Source: a virus (Duplodnaviria > Heunggongvirae > Uroviricota > Caudoviricetes). Taken from it: 64,000 bases of DNA. The notes beneath the pieces are model-generated. The model was not told where the DNA came from. It did no database searches and saw only the letters and a list, made by a program, of their open reading frames with translations. Below, in pieces: positions 18,706 to 27,462 of the stretch. The position numbers and the translations under genes are program-made. How positions within the stretch are numbered: position 1 is the stretch's first letter; each line of letters starts with the position of its first letter. The DNA is taken from IMG/VR virus record IMGVR_UViG_3300035210_000151; one strand, 5' to 3'.

Positions 18706-19518
18706 ATGAAGAAAACAATTTCGTATGCTATGATTTTTTCTGCAATTTTCATGGTCGGCTGTGAACAAAAAGAATACCAAACACCCACAGAGCGTGGTGT
18801 TTCGAATTCAACACCAACTCAAACACAAACTACAGCTCCTAATAGCCAAGCTTATCAGGCCGTTTCAGAGACTGCAGAAGATAAAGAATTGAAAGATATG
18901 GTTGCTAAAATGAAAGCCCAAGATCCTTCAATTGTTGACGCTTATTACAGTGTTGATGAAGCTGGTCAAAAGGTGCTTAACCTTGTGAAAGAAGAAGCCG
19001 GTGCAGCCGTTGACGCCGCAGGTAATGTGGTTGAACAAGCAACCAGTGGTAGTGGTCTTAGTACCTTTATGTGGGCTATGGCTGGTGGTTTGACTGCCAG
19101 TGCTTTGTTTAATGCATTCAACAAGAACAAAGGTAACATGGCTGCTGTGAATAATCAGTATCGTCCGATGGATACTAAGCGTGGCACTTATTCATCGTAT
19201 CAAGCACAAAAGCAATCGGCTGTGAGCAACTACCGTTCTAAGTTCACCCCAGTCAATGGTATGAACTCAAATCGTAATGCGTTGGCCCCAGCAAAAGCTC
19301 CTGTTCGTCCAACCACACCCGTGACGAATGCACCAACTAATAAATTTACACCCGTAACACCAAACTCAGCAACAGGTGCCCCGTTGTCTAAGGATGCTTA
19401 CAGAACTCAGGTTGTAACTAAACCTAAGACCACTAGCTCAAGTTACCAATCAGCACAACCTGCAAAAAAGACGACTATGTTTAAACGTAGTGGTAGCATT
19501 TTCAAAAAACGTCGCTAA
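18706..19518 (+). CDS. Predicted lipoprotein with internal TM segment and basic Pro/Thr-rich tail
   Basis: Lipobox MVGC; hydrophobic FMWAMAGGLTASALF; ends SGSIFKKRR. Confidence 0.7.
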   Translation: MKKTISYAMIFSAIFMVGCEQKEYQTPTERGVSNSTPTQTQTTAPNSQAYQAVSETAEDKELKDMVAKMKAQDPSIVDAYYSVDEAGQKVLNLVKEEAGAAVDAAGNVVEQATSGSGLSTFMWAMAGGLTASALFNAFNKNKGNMAAVNNQYRPMDTKRGTYSSYQAQKQSAVSNYRSKFTPVNGMNSNRNALAPAKAPVRPTTPVTNAPTNKFTPVTPNSATGAPLSKDAYRTQVVTKPKTTSSSYQSAQPAKKTTMFKRSGSIFKKRR

Positions 19519-19538
19519 AATGTAAAGATACACGAATA

Positions 19539-19567
19539 AAGACTTACTTCGGTAGGTCTTTTTTTTT
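19539..19567 (+). terminator. Intrinsic terminator
   Basis: AAGACTTAC-TTCG-GTAGGTCTT plus T-run. Confidence 0.85.
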
Positions 19568-19595
19568 GATTTAAAATAAAGAGGATTAATAAATA

Positions 19596-20246
19596 ATGAT
19601 TAAGCTATTTTCAGTATTATGTATGGCACTACTCCCTACATCAGTCTTTGCTGGTGAATTAGAAGTGGGTGGAACTGTCCCTACCATTGTTATTAGTGAA
19701 TACCAGATAGAAACCAGTAAAGAAGCTTTAAAAGAAGTGGCTCAAATGAACTATAAGACTACAACAAAGAAAAGTATGAAAGAAAACAACTACATTGTGA
19801 ACAGTGAAGCCATTAGGACTTCCAATATTTTATTAGAAGCCGGTACCGACATCAAAACCGTTCTGGGTAGGTATGGAAAACTTAATAAGTTTGGACAACC
19901 CTTTGTCTATGCGGATATAGAATTGAACAATGGAAGTATGGCAATTACAGCTCATCAAGAGTACAAGCTATACGAAGACAAAGAGATGATTTTAACATCT
20001 CACAATACGGTAGGTGCTTTGTATATTGATAAAAACAAGTTCTTGCTCTATTCCAGTCATAATTTAAAGACTAACAATAAAGCCTTCACAGGTAAAGATG
20101 GTAAGAAGACACCTGCTAGTGAGTTTTCAAAAGATATGGTGTTGACTCAAACCGTTAAGACACCGGGTCCAAAAATATTGAATATGGTGTTTGAAGATAA
20201 CTCTCCCAATATTATTCATGTCTTTGTTGCAGACATTGTGTATTGA
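19596..20246 (+). CDS. Exported hypothetical protein
   Basis: Signal peptide (VFA-G). Confidence 0.7.
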   Translation: MIKLFSVLCMALLPTSVFAGELEVGGTVPTIVISEYQIETSKEALKEVAQMNYKTTTKKSMKENNYIVNSEAIRTSNILLEAGTDIKTVLGRYGKLNKFGQPFVYADIELNNGSMAITAHQEYKLYEDKEMILTSHNTVGALYIDKNKFLLYSSHNLKTNNKAFTGKDGKKTPASEFSKDMVLTQTVKTPGPKILNMVFEDNSPNIIHVFVADIVY

Positions 20247-20249
20247 TAC

Positions 20250-20280
20250 AAAAAAGCCAGAAATCATCTGGCTTTTCTTT
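20250..20280. terminator. Bidirectional terminator between convergent genes
   Basis: A-run, GCCAGA/TCTGGC stem, T-run. Confidence 0.75.
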
Positions 20281-20284
20281 ACTC

Positions 20285-21025
20285 TTATTTTAGATTTAAC
20301 TTTTTCAACATACATCCATTCGTGTCAAGATATTCAGTGTTATTCTTATAAGTGAATCCATAATTCTCAAGTAAAGCTATCATATCCTTGATAGTGAGTT
20401 CTTCAGTGATCTCATTGAGACTAACTTCAAAATGGTATTCGTCTACTTTGTGAAAATACTCTGGTAATATTTCTTCTAGTATATGACTGACCAATAAGTC
20501 CGGTTCAGAGTCAACACTGTCATAAAAAATTACACATAATGATTCTTTTCTAAACTCACCTTTTCTAATCATTGGTGTGTCTAAACCATTTACTATAAAC
20601 TTAGTCATGTTGCCATATGTTTCATAAGGAAAGTAGAAACAAAACTCATTAGCCACCTTCGTTTTATTTTCAGGAGATAGCTTTGCTGTTTCTTTCATAA
20701 AAACTGAAAGTGCTTCTTCGTCATCTTCACCCTCATCTTCTTCAAGTTTTTTAATGTACTTTTTAAGAAATCTTTTCGCATTAAAGTCTTGTACACTTTC
20801 TGATTTAACTGGTTTCGTAATAATTTCATCAGCATTGATGACTGAAAGATCCCCATTTTTGTTTTCTATGATAAAACAGTTATCATACCCTTCAATAGAG
20901 AACTCACGAATGACATCACCATTGATATCTTTATACTTCTTTTCTCGCTTAATTTTAACTGTTGAAGTCAATCCACGTTGTTCTTTAATAAAGTTTTTGC
21001 AATCTTCTGTAGTCACCTTACTCAT
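20285..21025 (-). CDS. MSK(V/I)TTEDCK family copy
   Basis: N-terminal MSKVTTEDCKNF...KYKDING; ends CMLKKLNLK. Confidence 0.8.
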   Translation of the reverse strand: MSKVTTEDCKNFIKEQRGLTSTVKIKREKKYKDINGDVIREFSIEGYDNCFIIENKNGDLSVINADEIITKPVKSESVQDFNAKRFLKKYIKKLEEDEGEDDEEALSVFMKETAKLSPENKTKVANEFCFYFPYETYGNMTKFIVNGLDTPMIRKGEFRKESLCVIFYDSVDSEPDLLVSHILEEILPEYFHKVDEYHFEVSLNEITEELTIKDMIALLENYGFTYKNNTEYLDTNGCMLKKLNLK

Positions 21026-21092
21026 ATAGTGCCTCCTATTTTATTGTTTATAAGTATAGAGCAAATAAAAAGCCAGTGTTAACTGACACATC

Positions 21093-21812
21093 TTACTTTA
21101 GTTTCAATTTTGCCAACATGCACTCATTATCTTCCCAGTCAGCCTCATTTTTATATTTAAATCCTAAATCTTCCAAAATTTTAATCATGTCTCGAATACT
21201 TATCTTTTTAGTTGCACTGGTTTCTTTTAACTGATAATGGTATTCGTCCATTTTGTCTAGATAGGTTGGTATCATATCCATTAAAATATCACTGACGTAT
21301 AAATCTGGATCGGAGTTAAAGCAATCCATAAATATGAAACAAAATGATTCTAGCTCACCACTGGCGTTTGTAATCATCAGCGTGTCTAACCCATTCGTAA
21401 CATAATTGAGTTCGTTATAATACGTTTCATCAGGAAAAAAGAAGGTGAATTGATTAGCGACTTGAAATTTTTGTTCTTTTGTTAATGCATTGGTCGCTTT
21501 AATAAAGTCATCCATTGAATCACCATTATTATAGTTTTCTAATGATTTGATACCTTTTTTTAGAAATTTTTTGGCATCAAACTCTTTGGTTTCAGATTTA
21601 GACTTCTCAACTACATCAGCTTCATTTACCACGGAGAGATGACCTAAGATATCTTCTTTGATTAGACACGTTTCATCATTAAATTTAAAAACACGAATAA
21701 CATTGCCATTGACATCTTTATATTTTCGATCTCGCTTGATGTTGACAGTAGATGTCAATCCAAAGCGATCTTTAATGTAATTTTTGCAATCTTCTGTAGT
21801 AATTTTACTCAT
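21093..21812 (-). CDS. MSKITTEDCK family copy
   Basis: Start moved to MSKITTEDCKNY; ends CMLAKLKLK. Confidence 0.8.
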   Translation of the reverse strand: MSKITTEDCKNYIKDRFGLTSTVNIKRDRKYKDVNGNVIRVFKFNDETCLIKEDILGHLSVVNEADVVEKSKSETKEFDAKKFLKKGIKSLENYNNGDSMDDFIKATNALTKEQKFQVANQFTFFFPDETYYNELNYVTNGLDTLMITNASGELESFCFIFMDCFNSDPDLYVSDILMDMIPTYLDKMDEYHYQLKETSATKKISIRDMIKILEDLGFKYKNEADWEDNECMLAKLKLK

Positions 21813-21844
21813 ATTATTTTTCCTACTGGTTAGTGTATGGTTGG

Positions 21845-22564
21845 TTATTTTAAATTGAGGTGTTTGAGCATACAATCATCTTCGTCACCATAAAACTCAG
21901 GGCAACTTTTATATGAAAAACCAAGGCTATCAAATAATGTTATGACATCATTGATTGTCATGTCCTTATTTTGTTTATTGGGTGTCATTTCAAAAATATT
22001 TTCATCGACTTTTTCAAAAAACTTAGGGATGATAACTCTCACAATTTCATCAAGATAGAGTTCAGGATCAGATTTTAAGCTGTTATGGAAGAAAATCCCA
22101 TAACACTGTGTGCCATATTTTCCAGATCTAAACATGGGTGTATCTAGGCCGTTTGTGACAGAATCCATATCGTTTTCGTAAACCAAAGGGAAGCAGTAGT
22201 AAAATTCGTTAGCTATTTTAACTTTGTCTTCTTTTGACAAACGTTCACCTTCTGCTATAAATTCGTCCATACTTTCAATCCCATCGTCTTCATCATCACT
22301 AAATTTTTTAAGATATTTTCTGAGGAATGCTTTGGCATTAAAGAGTTTTTCTTTTTGATCTATCATGTCTTCACTGACCAGTGATAACTGACCTTGATTG
22401 TCTTCTTTAATAAGATAGATATCAGTCTCGTTTATTTTAAAAACACGAATGACATCGCCATTGGCATCTTTATATTTTCTATCTCGTTTGATATTGACTG
22501 TTGTAGTTAAGCCAAAGTGTTGTTTAATGAAATTTTTGCAATCTTCTGTAGTAATTTTACTCAT
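21845..22564 (-). CDS. MSKITTEDCK family copy
   Basis: Start moved to MSKITTEDCKNF after GGAG; ends CMLKHLNLK. Confidence 0.8.
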   Translation of the reverse strand: MSKITTEDCKNFIKQHFGLTTTVNIKRDRKYKDANGDVIRVFKINETDIYLIKEDNQGQLSLVSEDMIDQKEKLFNAKAFLRKYLKKFSDDEDDGIESMDEFIAEGERLSKEDKVKIANEFYYCFPLVYENDMDSVTNGLDTPMFRSGKYGTQCYGIFFHNSLKSDPELYLDEIVRVIIPKFFEKVDENIFEMTPNKQNKDMTINDVITLFDSLGFSYKSCPEFYGDEDDCMLKHLNLK

Positions 22565-22689
22565 GTATTGACTCCAATTTATCAACTATCATAGCATAAA
22601 ACACCACTTTTTGTCAAAATTTAATTTTATTATTTTTGTTGATGAAATTTCTATTTTGTGTTATTATTCAATATATTTTGGAGATTATT

Positions 22690-23484
22690 ATGATATTTAA
22701 AGACGTTGAACGAGAGCTGACTCAGCTTTTTTCTACCAAATTTCCAGACGTTAATGTTAAATTATCTAAAGTTGACTCTGATATTGATGATGCCATTATG
22801 TTTAAATCCTCTTTTGATGATGGAAATAAATTTATAGGTTTTAAAATTCGTGACAATTCTATTATGGAAATCAAAGCAAGTCATAGACATTTAGAAAATG
22901 CTCATAAATTATTTTCTCTTAATAAGGTTAAAGTGGATGCTTTTAATATCATTCCAGTCTTTTTTAATCTCCTGACAACAAACTCTAATTTTAATAGGTC
23001 TTTTACATTCCTAAACAACATGAATCAAAAAAAAATATTTCGTTTCTATAAAAGTGGGATGAATTACATATTGCCACATATCACAGAAGATCAAGGTTTT
23101 TTTCGATTAACAAGTATCTTGGCAGAGTCTTTTTGCCAATTTTATCTTGAAAATTCTTTTAAATTATCTCGTAATGGTAAATTTTTACCCATTCCAATGA
23201 TTCGAATTTTTGGAGAGCAAAACGATGAGCAAGTTTTTGCCTTTAATCTCTATGATCAACAAGTCTACAAGGTAAAAAAGAAATTGTTCTACTTTGAAGA
23301 TTTTTTTGAATCCGCTGAATTGTTTGATGTTAACTATCATGGTGATATTTTAGTTGATGAACACCTTGATCATTATGTTATCAATGGATTGATAGATGAC
23401 AAAACTATTAGAGAATCACTTATTGTTCTTCCAAGAGATCAATTGAAGAATAAAATTGATTTAATCTCAATGTACCTTATTTGA
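22690..23484 (+). CDS. Hypothetical protein, paralog of 24416-25201, Met(-4) tag
   Basis: Shared FAFNxYDQ...FYFED...YHGDI...IRESLIVLPRD; ends IDLISMYLI. Confidence 0.8.
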   Translation: MIFKDVERELTQLFSTKFPDVNVKLSKVDSDIDDAIMFKSSFDDGNKFIGFKIRDNSIMEIKASHRHLENAHKLFSLNKVKVDAFNIIPVFFNLLTTNSNFNRSFTFLNNMNQKKIFRFYKSGMNYILPHITEDQGFFRLTSILAESFCQFYLENSFKLSRNGKFLPIPMIRIFGEQNDEQVFAFNLYDQQVYKVKKKLFYFEDFFESAELFDVNYHGDILVDEHLDHYVINGLIDDKTIRESLIVLPRDQLKNKIDLISMYLI

Positions 23485-23551
23485 TATAATTGTAATCTTG
23501 AAATATTTTTTCATCATGATAACCTTATATAATCAATAAAGGTATTATATT

Positions 23552-24352
23552 ATGGGCGGAATGGTAGCAGTGTTAGCAAGATTTAAAGACAACACAAAAA
23601 TGTCATTTAGGATATCAACTGGGTGTTTGACGCCTTTTCATGATTTAAGATTGCTTGATGAGGATTACTTTAAAGCCTTCGTTAAAAAAGAAGAATATTA
23701 TATTGAAGACGCGGTAGCAGATTATGAACAGGAAGATTATTATAATGCTCGATGTTTTTTTGCACCCTATGATTATGGACTTCTCTTTTTTGATTTTAAA
23801 GAAAAACACATTTGGTCGAGTAATAACTATAATGGATTCTTTTCATTAAGCAGTTGGCAAGTTAAATCTCAATATAAAGAAATTGCCGATATTTTATCTT
23901 ATGGAACACAAACAAAAGAAACGTTAACTATTACTGAGCAAGATTATGTTAATGGTGAATTTATCACAAGAAGGGAATATCATTTCCTTGAAGATTACTC
24001 ACAAGAATTTAGTTCAATTTTCTATATGCAACAAGTCTTAGATAAAAAAGGAACCTTTACTTACAAAGGAAATCCATTACCAGATGAAATCACTGACATC
24101 TATTCTCTATTGGCTTATATTAATGGCGAAGATCTCTTGTTAGAAGAAAATTTAAAAAGAGATCGAGTTAAGAACAGAACTAGATTCCTTCGCAGTGATA
24201 CGTGTGATTTAGATGCAGTTCTCCCTGATTGGACTATTTACAATGGTGATGGGAATGTTTCCTATATACAACCCATATTTGATTATGTGGTTAAACACAA
24301 TATCCTTAATGAACGCGATTTAAAATACTGGAACCAATACTTAAATGATTAA
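23552..24352 (+). CDS. Hypothetical protein, divergent MGG-start family copy 3
   Basis: MGGMVAVLAR; APYDYGLLFFDFKEK matches PxxYGIVxxDFKE of copies 1 and 2. Confidence 0.7.
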   Translation: MGGMVAVLARFKDNTKMSFRISTGCLTPFHDLRLLDEDYFKAFVKKEEYYIEDAVADYEQEDYYNARCFFAPYDYGLLFFDFKEKHIWSSNNYNGFFSLSSWQVKSQYKEIADILSYGTQTKETLTITEQDYVNGEFITRREYHFLEDYSQEFSSIFYMQQVLDKKGTFTYKGNPLPDEITDIYSLLAYINGEDLLLEENLKRDRVKNRTRFLRSDTCDLDAVLPDWTIYNGDGNVSYIQPIFDYVVKHNILNERDLKYWNQYLND

Positions 24353-24415
24353 TCTTTCATTTTAATTGAAATCATAGGCACTTTATGCTATAATCTAGCA
24401 AATTATGGAGTATCT

Positions 24416-25201
24416 ATGAACGACGATAAGATTCCACAACCCATTGCTGACTTATTTGCTTCTCGTTATCCGAAAAGCAAATTTGAGTCCACATCTATCA
24501 ATGATATTATCATTTTCAAATCGACATTTGATAAAGAAAAACAATTTGTTGACTTTATTTTTAAGAAAAATTCAATTACTACCATAAAAACCAATAATAA
24601 ATACCTTCCAGAAGTTAAAAAGCTTTTGTCTATTAATAAGATGAAACGTAGTGACTTTAAGATTGTAGACGATTTTTTTACTCTCATAAATTCAAACAGC
24701 AATTTTGATAAAATTTTTTATATGGAGAACAAAATTCTTCCTACTGAAATTTGTTCGTTCAAACGTGACGGCACGTCTGCTTTTACATTACCTTTTATTG
24801 CGAACACACATTCTCGCACTTATCTTATCACTAAGATAAGCAAAAGTTATTTTATGTATTACTTAGAGAATCACTTTAAGATGACGAAAGATGGCACCAT
24901 CTTAATTGTTCCTATAATCACCTTGTTTGAGCATCAGAAAAATGAGCATGTATTTGCCTTTAACATTTATGATCAGACTATTCATCGCATTCGAAATGAA
25001 GAATTTTACTTTGAAGACTTATTTGAAAACAATGAGCCTTTCAATCCAGAATATCATGGTGATATTTTTGTCGATGAATATATTGATAACTACATTCTTA
25101 ACACCCTTGACGATGATGACGAAATCAGAGAATCCCTTATTGTATTGCCAAGAGATCGTTTGAGCGAAAAAGTAGACATTCTTTCTATGTATCTGATCTA
25201 A
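24416..25201 (+). CDS. Hypothetical protein, paralog of 22690-23484, Met(-4) tag
   Basis: Ends VDILSMYLI. Confidence 0.8.
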   Translation: MNDDKIPQPIADLFASRYPKSKFESTSINDIIIFKSTFDKEKQFVDFIFKKNSITTIKTNNKYLPEVKKLLSINKMKRSDFKIVDDFFTLINSNSNFDKIFYMENKILPTEICSFKRDGTSAFTLPFIANTHSRTYLITKISKSYFMYYLENHFKMTKDGTILIVPIITLFEHQKNEHVFAFNIYDQTIHRIRNEEFYFEDLFENNEPFNPEYHGDIFVDEYIDNYILNTLDDDDEIRESLIVLPRDRLSEKVDILSMYLI

Positions 25202-25280
25202 ACATGTCGCCTATAATTTAAATTGACAAAAATTGTAACATGATATACTATTGCATAAATTTTATTACAGGAGAATTATT

Positions 25281-25508
25281 ATGTTTTATGTCTATCATGG
25301 CTATGTTTCACCCGACAACTACGATTCAAGCGAACGTCCTACTTATCAACTTAGTTCTTTTCATACCGAAGATGAAGTCATAGCATTTAAAGAAGAGTTT
25401 GAAGCTGAACTTCATGATGAATGTATGAAACCTATTTTTAGAGTCATCACAGGTAGAGAAATGTCATTGAAACCCGTAGAAACCGTCACTACTTGGAAAC
25501 TATCATAA
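25281..25508 (+). CDS. Small hypothetical protein
   Basis: AGGAG RBS before ATG 25281. Confidence 0.7.
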   Translation: MFYVYHGYVSPDNYDSSERPTYQLSSFHTEDEVIAFKEEFEAELHDECMKPIFRVITGREMSLKPVETVTTWKLS

Positions 25509-25522
25509 CTTAGGAGTTATCT

Positions 25523-26371
25523 ATGCACTATATTAAGTATGTATTAAGCTTTATCTTATTACTGGTATTGGCTGGTTGTAATGATACACCTGATGACGTT
25601 CGGCCAACAGCAGATGCAAAAGTCTATTTTGATCAACAACTGAAAACTACTCTGGCTGCTGCAAAGTCAAAAGAAGACCCTTTTGAAGCTTATCAACTAT
25701 TGTTAAGGGCTTATTATGGTCTAGGTAATGATAAGGAAAAACTACTCTATAAAGATGACACTAGAAAGTTATATATTGCTCAATCTGGATTTGTTGTGAA
25801 CGGCGGTTCAGCACTAGATAATAAACAAGAAGCGATTAATAATATGTATGTTTATTTAGAGTCTGCTTTGAAAAATGGTAATAAAAAAGCTTTTCTAGAA
25901 TTATATGAAGGCGAACAATCAGAACCAGCTAACTTTGGTAATGATATGACAATGAGGCTTAAATCTGATCAATTGCAAACTAAATTCAGCGAAGCTTATA
26001 AAAATTTAGTTGAAACACTTTCAGTAGGTGATCCTATTGATAATGCTCTGATTACAAGCTATGCAAGCCAACTTAAAAATGGTGAGTTCTATCAAAAGAA
26101 TACAGCTAAGTCAGTTGAATACTATCTCAAACTCTACCCAGTTGATAAAGTTGTTCCTTTATACTTGATTGGTGTCTATTTGGATATCAATGATTATGAG
26201 AATGCTTATTTCTGGAAAGTTCGTTGTATTGATGCCTGTGATGCTAGATATAAGAAAATTAGTATTGTTAGTCGAAATCTACCTGACTTATTCAGAAAAC
26301 AGCTAACCAGTGATCAATTTAAAGCTATCGAAGAAGCTTCCAATGATCCAACAAGAACAAGTTTTAAATAA
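25523..26371 (+). CDS. Predicted lipoprotein, helical (Sel1/TPR-like C-terminal part)
   Basis: Lipobox LAGC; KNTAKSVEYY and YENAYFW resemble Sel1 repeats (inference). Confidence 0.65.
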   Translation: MHYIKYVLSFILLLVLAGCNDTPDDVRPTADAKVYFDQQLKTTLAAAKSKEDPFEAYQLLLRAYYGLGNDKEKLLYKDDTRKLYIAQSGFVVNGGSALDNKQEAINNMYVYLESALKNGNKKAFLELYEGEQSEPANFGNDMTMRLKSDQLQTKFSEAYKNLVETLSVGDPIDNALITSYASQLKNGEFYQKNTAKSVEYYLKLYPVDKVVPLYLIGVYLDINDYENAYFWKVRCIDACDARYKKISIVSRNLPDLFRKQLTSDQFKAIEEASNDPTRTSFK

Positions 26372-26384
26372 TCTAACATACCGC

Positions 26385-26413
26385 TTGAATTTTTTTAAGC
26401 GGGCTGCTATAAT
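26385..26413 (+). promoter_or_regulatory. sigma70 promoter of the Ser/Tyr leader
   Basis: TTGAAT-17 nt-TATAAT with TG extended -10; inverted repeat CCGCTTGA/TTAAGCGG overlaps the -35. Confidence 0.75.
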
Positions 26414-26447
26414 GGATACTATTATTTACTTTGTGGAGAAATACAAA

Positions 26448-26498
26448 ATGAAACCTACATTTGCTGTATCCTATTATTATTCATCATATTCTAGTTAA
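26448..26498 (+). CDS. Ser/Tyr-rich attenuator leader peptide MKPTFAVSYYYSSYSS
   Basis: GGAG RBS at 26435; codons TCC TAT TAT TAT TCA TCA TAT TCT AGT then TAA. Confidence 0.8.
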   Translation: MKPTFAVSYYYSSYSS

Positions 26499-26587
26499 CT
26501 GACCAGAGTAGAGGTCAGTTATGGCCTCGAATTCTTGGATAGTAATTATCTTAGACCCTTTGAAGGCCACCTTCAGAGGGTTTTTTT
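26496..26587 (+). promoter_or_regulatory. Ribosome-mediated transcription attenuator (four competing hairpins)
   Basis: A 26496-504:26513-521; B 26511-517:26522-528; antiterminator C 26522-531:26559-569; terminator D 26555-565:26571-581 plus T7. Confidence 0.8.
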
Positions 26588-26627
26588 ATGTCCATAGTGG
26601 CAGGGTTAAGTTCAACCTAAAACAATG

Positions 26628-26640
26628 TAAGTTGTTGATT
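26628..26640. promoter_or_regulatory. IHF consensus site
   Basis: Reverse complement AATCAACAACTTA fits WATCAANNNNTTR. Confidence 0.45.
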
Positions 26641-26677
26641 TAAAAAGAAAATAGTTTAAAATAATTTAAAATAGTTG

Positions 26678-26706
26678 TTGACAAAGACGAAAGAAGTTGA
26701 TAGAAT
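26678..26706 (+). promoter_or_regulatory. Strong sigma70 promoter directly upstream of tRNA array
   Basis: TTGACA-17 nt-TAGAAT with AT-rich UP-element-like region. Confidence 0.85.
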
Positions 26707-26758
26707 GTTAAACATGAAGAGTTGAGAAGAAAAACGAAAAACTCTTAGTAACACAAAT

Positions 26759-26846
26759 GGAAGATTGGTCGAGTGGCCGATGGCGTCAGTCTTGAAAACT
26801 GAAGGGTGTAACAGCTCCGTGAGTTCGAATCTCACATCTTCCTCCA
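26759..26846 (+). tRNA. trnS: tRNA-Ser(UGA) copy 1
   Basis: Acceptor GGAAGAT/ATCTTCC, loop CT-TGA-AA, long V arm, TTCGAAT, encoded CCA; unusual U73. Confidence 0.93.
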
Positions 26847-26868
26847 AATTTAGTTTCAAAAGTATCAT

Positions 26869-26952
26869 GGTTAGTTGGCAGAGTGGACGATTGCGGGGGA
26901 CTGTAAATCCCTTCCGAAAGGCACGGTGGTTCGAATCCATCACTAACCACCA
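26869..26952 (+). tRNA. trnY: tRNA-Tyr(GUA) copy 1
   Basis: Acceptor GGTTAGT/ACTAACC, loop CT-GTA-AA, A73, CCA. Confidence 0.93.
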
Positions 26953-26974
26953 AATTAGTTGTAAACTGTTTTAT

Positions 26975-27058
26975 GGGAGTTTCGCATAGTGGCCGATTGC
27001 ACGGGACTGTAAATCCTGCTCGAAAGACTCGGTGGTTCGAATCCATCAACTCCCACCA
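26975..27058 (+). tRNA. trnY: tRNA-Tyr(GUA) copy 2
   Basis: Acceptor GGGAGTT/AACTCCC, loop CT-GTA-AA, A73, CCA. Confidence 0.93.
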
Positions 27059-27086
27059 AATTTAGATGTAATCGTAAGAACAATAT

Positions 27087-27175
27087 GGACGCATTTCCTG
27101 TCATCCGCCTGTAAAGCGGACGCCTTTATAAGACAGGTCGGTTGGCGAGAGGTTCGAATCCTTGTGCGTTCACCA
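27087..27175 (+). ncRNA. Atypical tRNA-Tyr(GUA)-like RNA lacking a D hairpin, potential pseudoknot
   Basis: Acceptor GGACGCA/TGCGTTC, stem TCCGC/GCGGA with CT-GTA-AA loop, T loop TTCGAAT, ACCA end; D region only 10 nt, and its CCTGTC is complementary to GACAGG in a 27-nt variable arm. Confidence 0.75.
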
Positions 27176-27197
27176 AATTAGTTGTAAAACCGTATAT

Positions 27198-27285
27198 GGA
27201 AGCTTGGCCGAGTGGTTTAAGGCAACAGTCTTGAAAACTGTCGGGTGTAATAGCCCCGTGAGTTCGAATCCCACAGCTTCCGCCA
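27198..27285 (+). tRNA. trnS: tRNA-Ser(UGA) copy 2
   Basis: Acceptor GGAAGCT/AGCTTCC, G73, CCA. Confidence 0.93.
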
Positions 27286-27308
27286 GATTAGATACAATGT
27301 TTTATTAT

Positions 27309-27392
27309 GGGTGTTTCGCATAGAGGCCGATTGCGGCTGGCTGTAAACCAGCATCGAAAGACACGGTGGTTCGAATCCATCAACACCCACCA
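27309..27392 (+). tRNA. trnY: tRNA-Tyr(GUA) copy 3
   Basis: Acceptor GGGTGTT/AACACCC, stem GCTGG/CCAGC, A73, CCA. Confidence 0.93.
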
Positions 27393-27405
27393 AATTTATA
27401 TTTAT

Positions 27406-27458
27406 GGAGAGTATGGGGCTGTTGTTATCTCGTAACAATGGTTAACCGCTATCCACCA
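27406..27458 (+). ncRNA. CCA-terminated mini-hairpin RNA, copy 1 (53 nt)
   Basis: GGAGAG...CTATCC-ACCA acceptor-like stem plus 11-bp hairpin; same spacer context as the tRNAs. Confidence 0.65.
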
Positions 27459-27462
27459 ACAT

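Noticed and set aside
26310-26498. 62-aa ORF in the track
   Set aside because: It overlaps the upstream gene and promoter; the RBS supports only the 16-codon leader from 26448.
27087-27175. tmRNA tRNA-like domain (also lacks a D stem)
   Set aside because: No G3:U70 alanine identity, it has a full Tyr anticodon arm, and there is no tag ORF.
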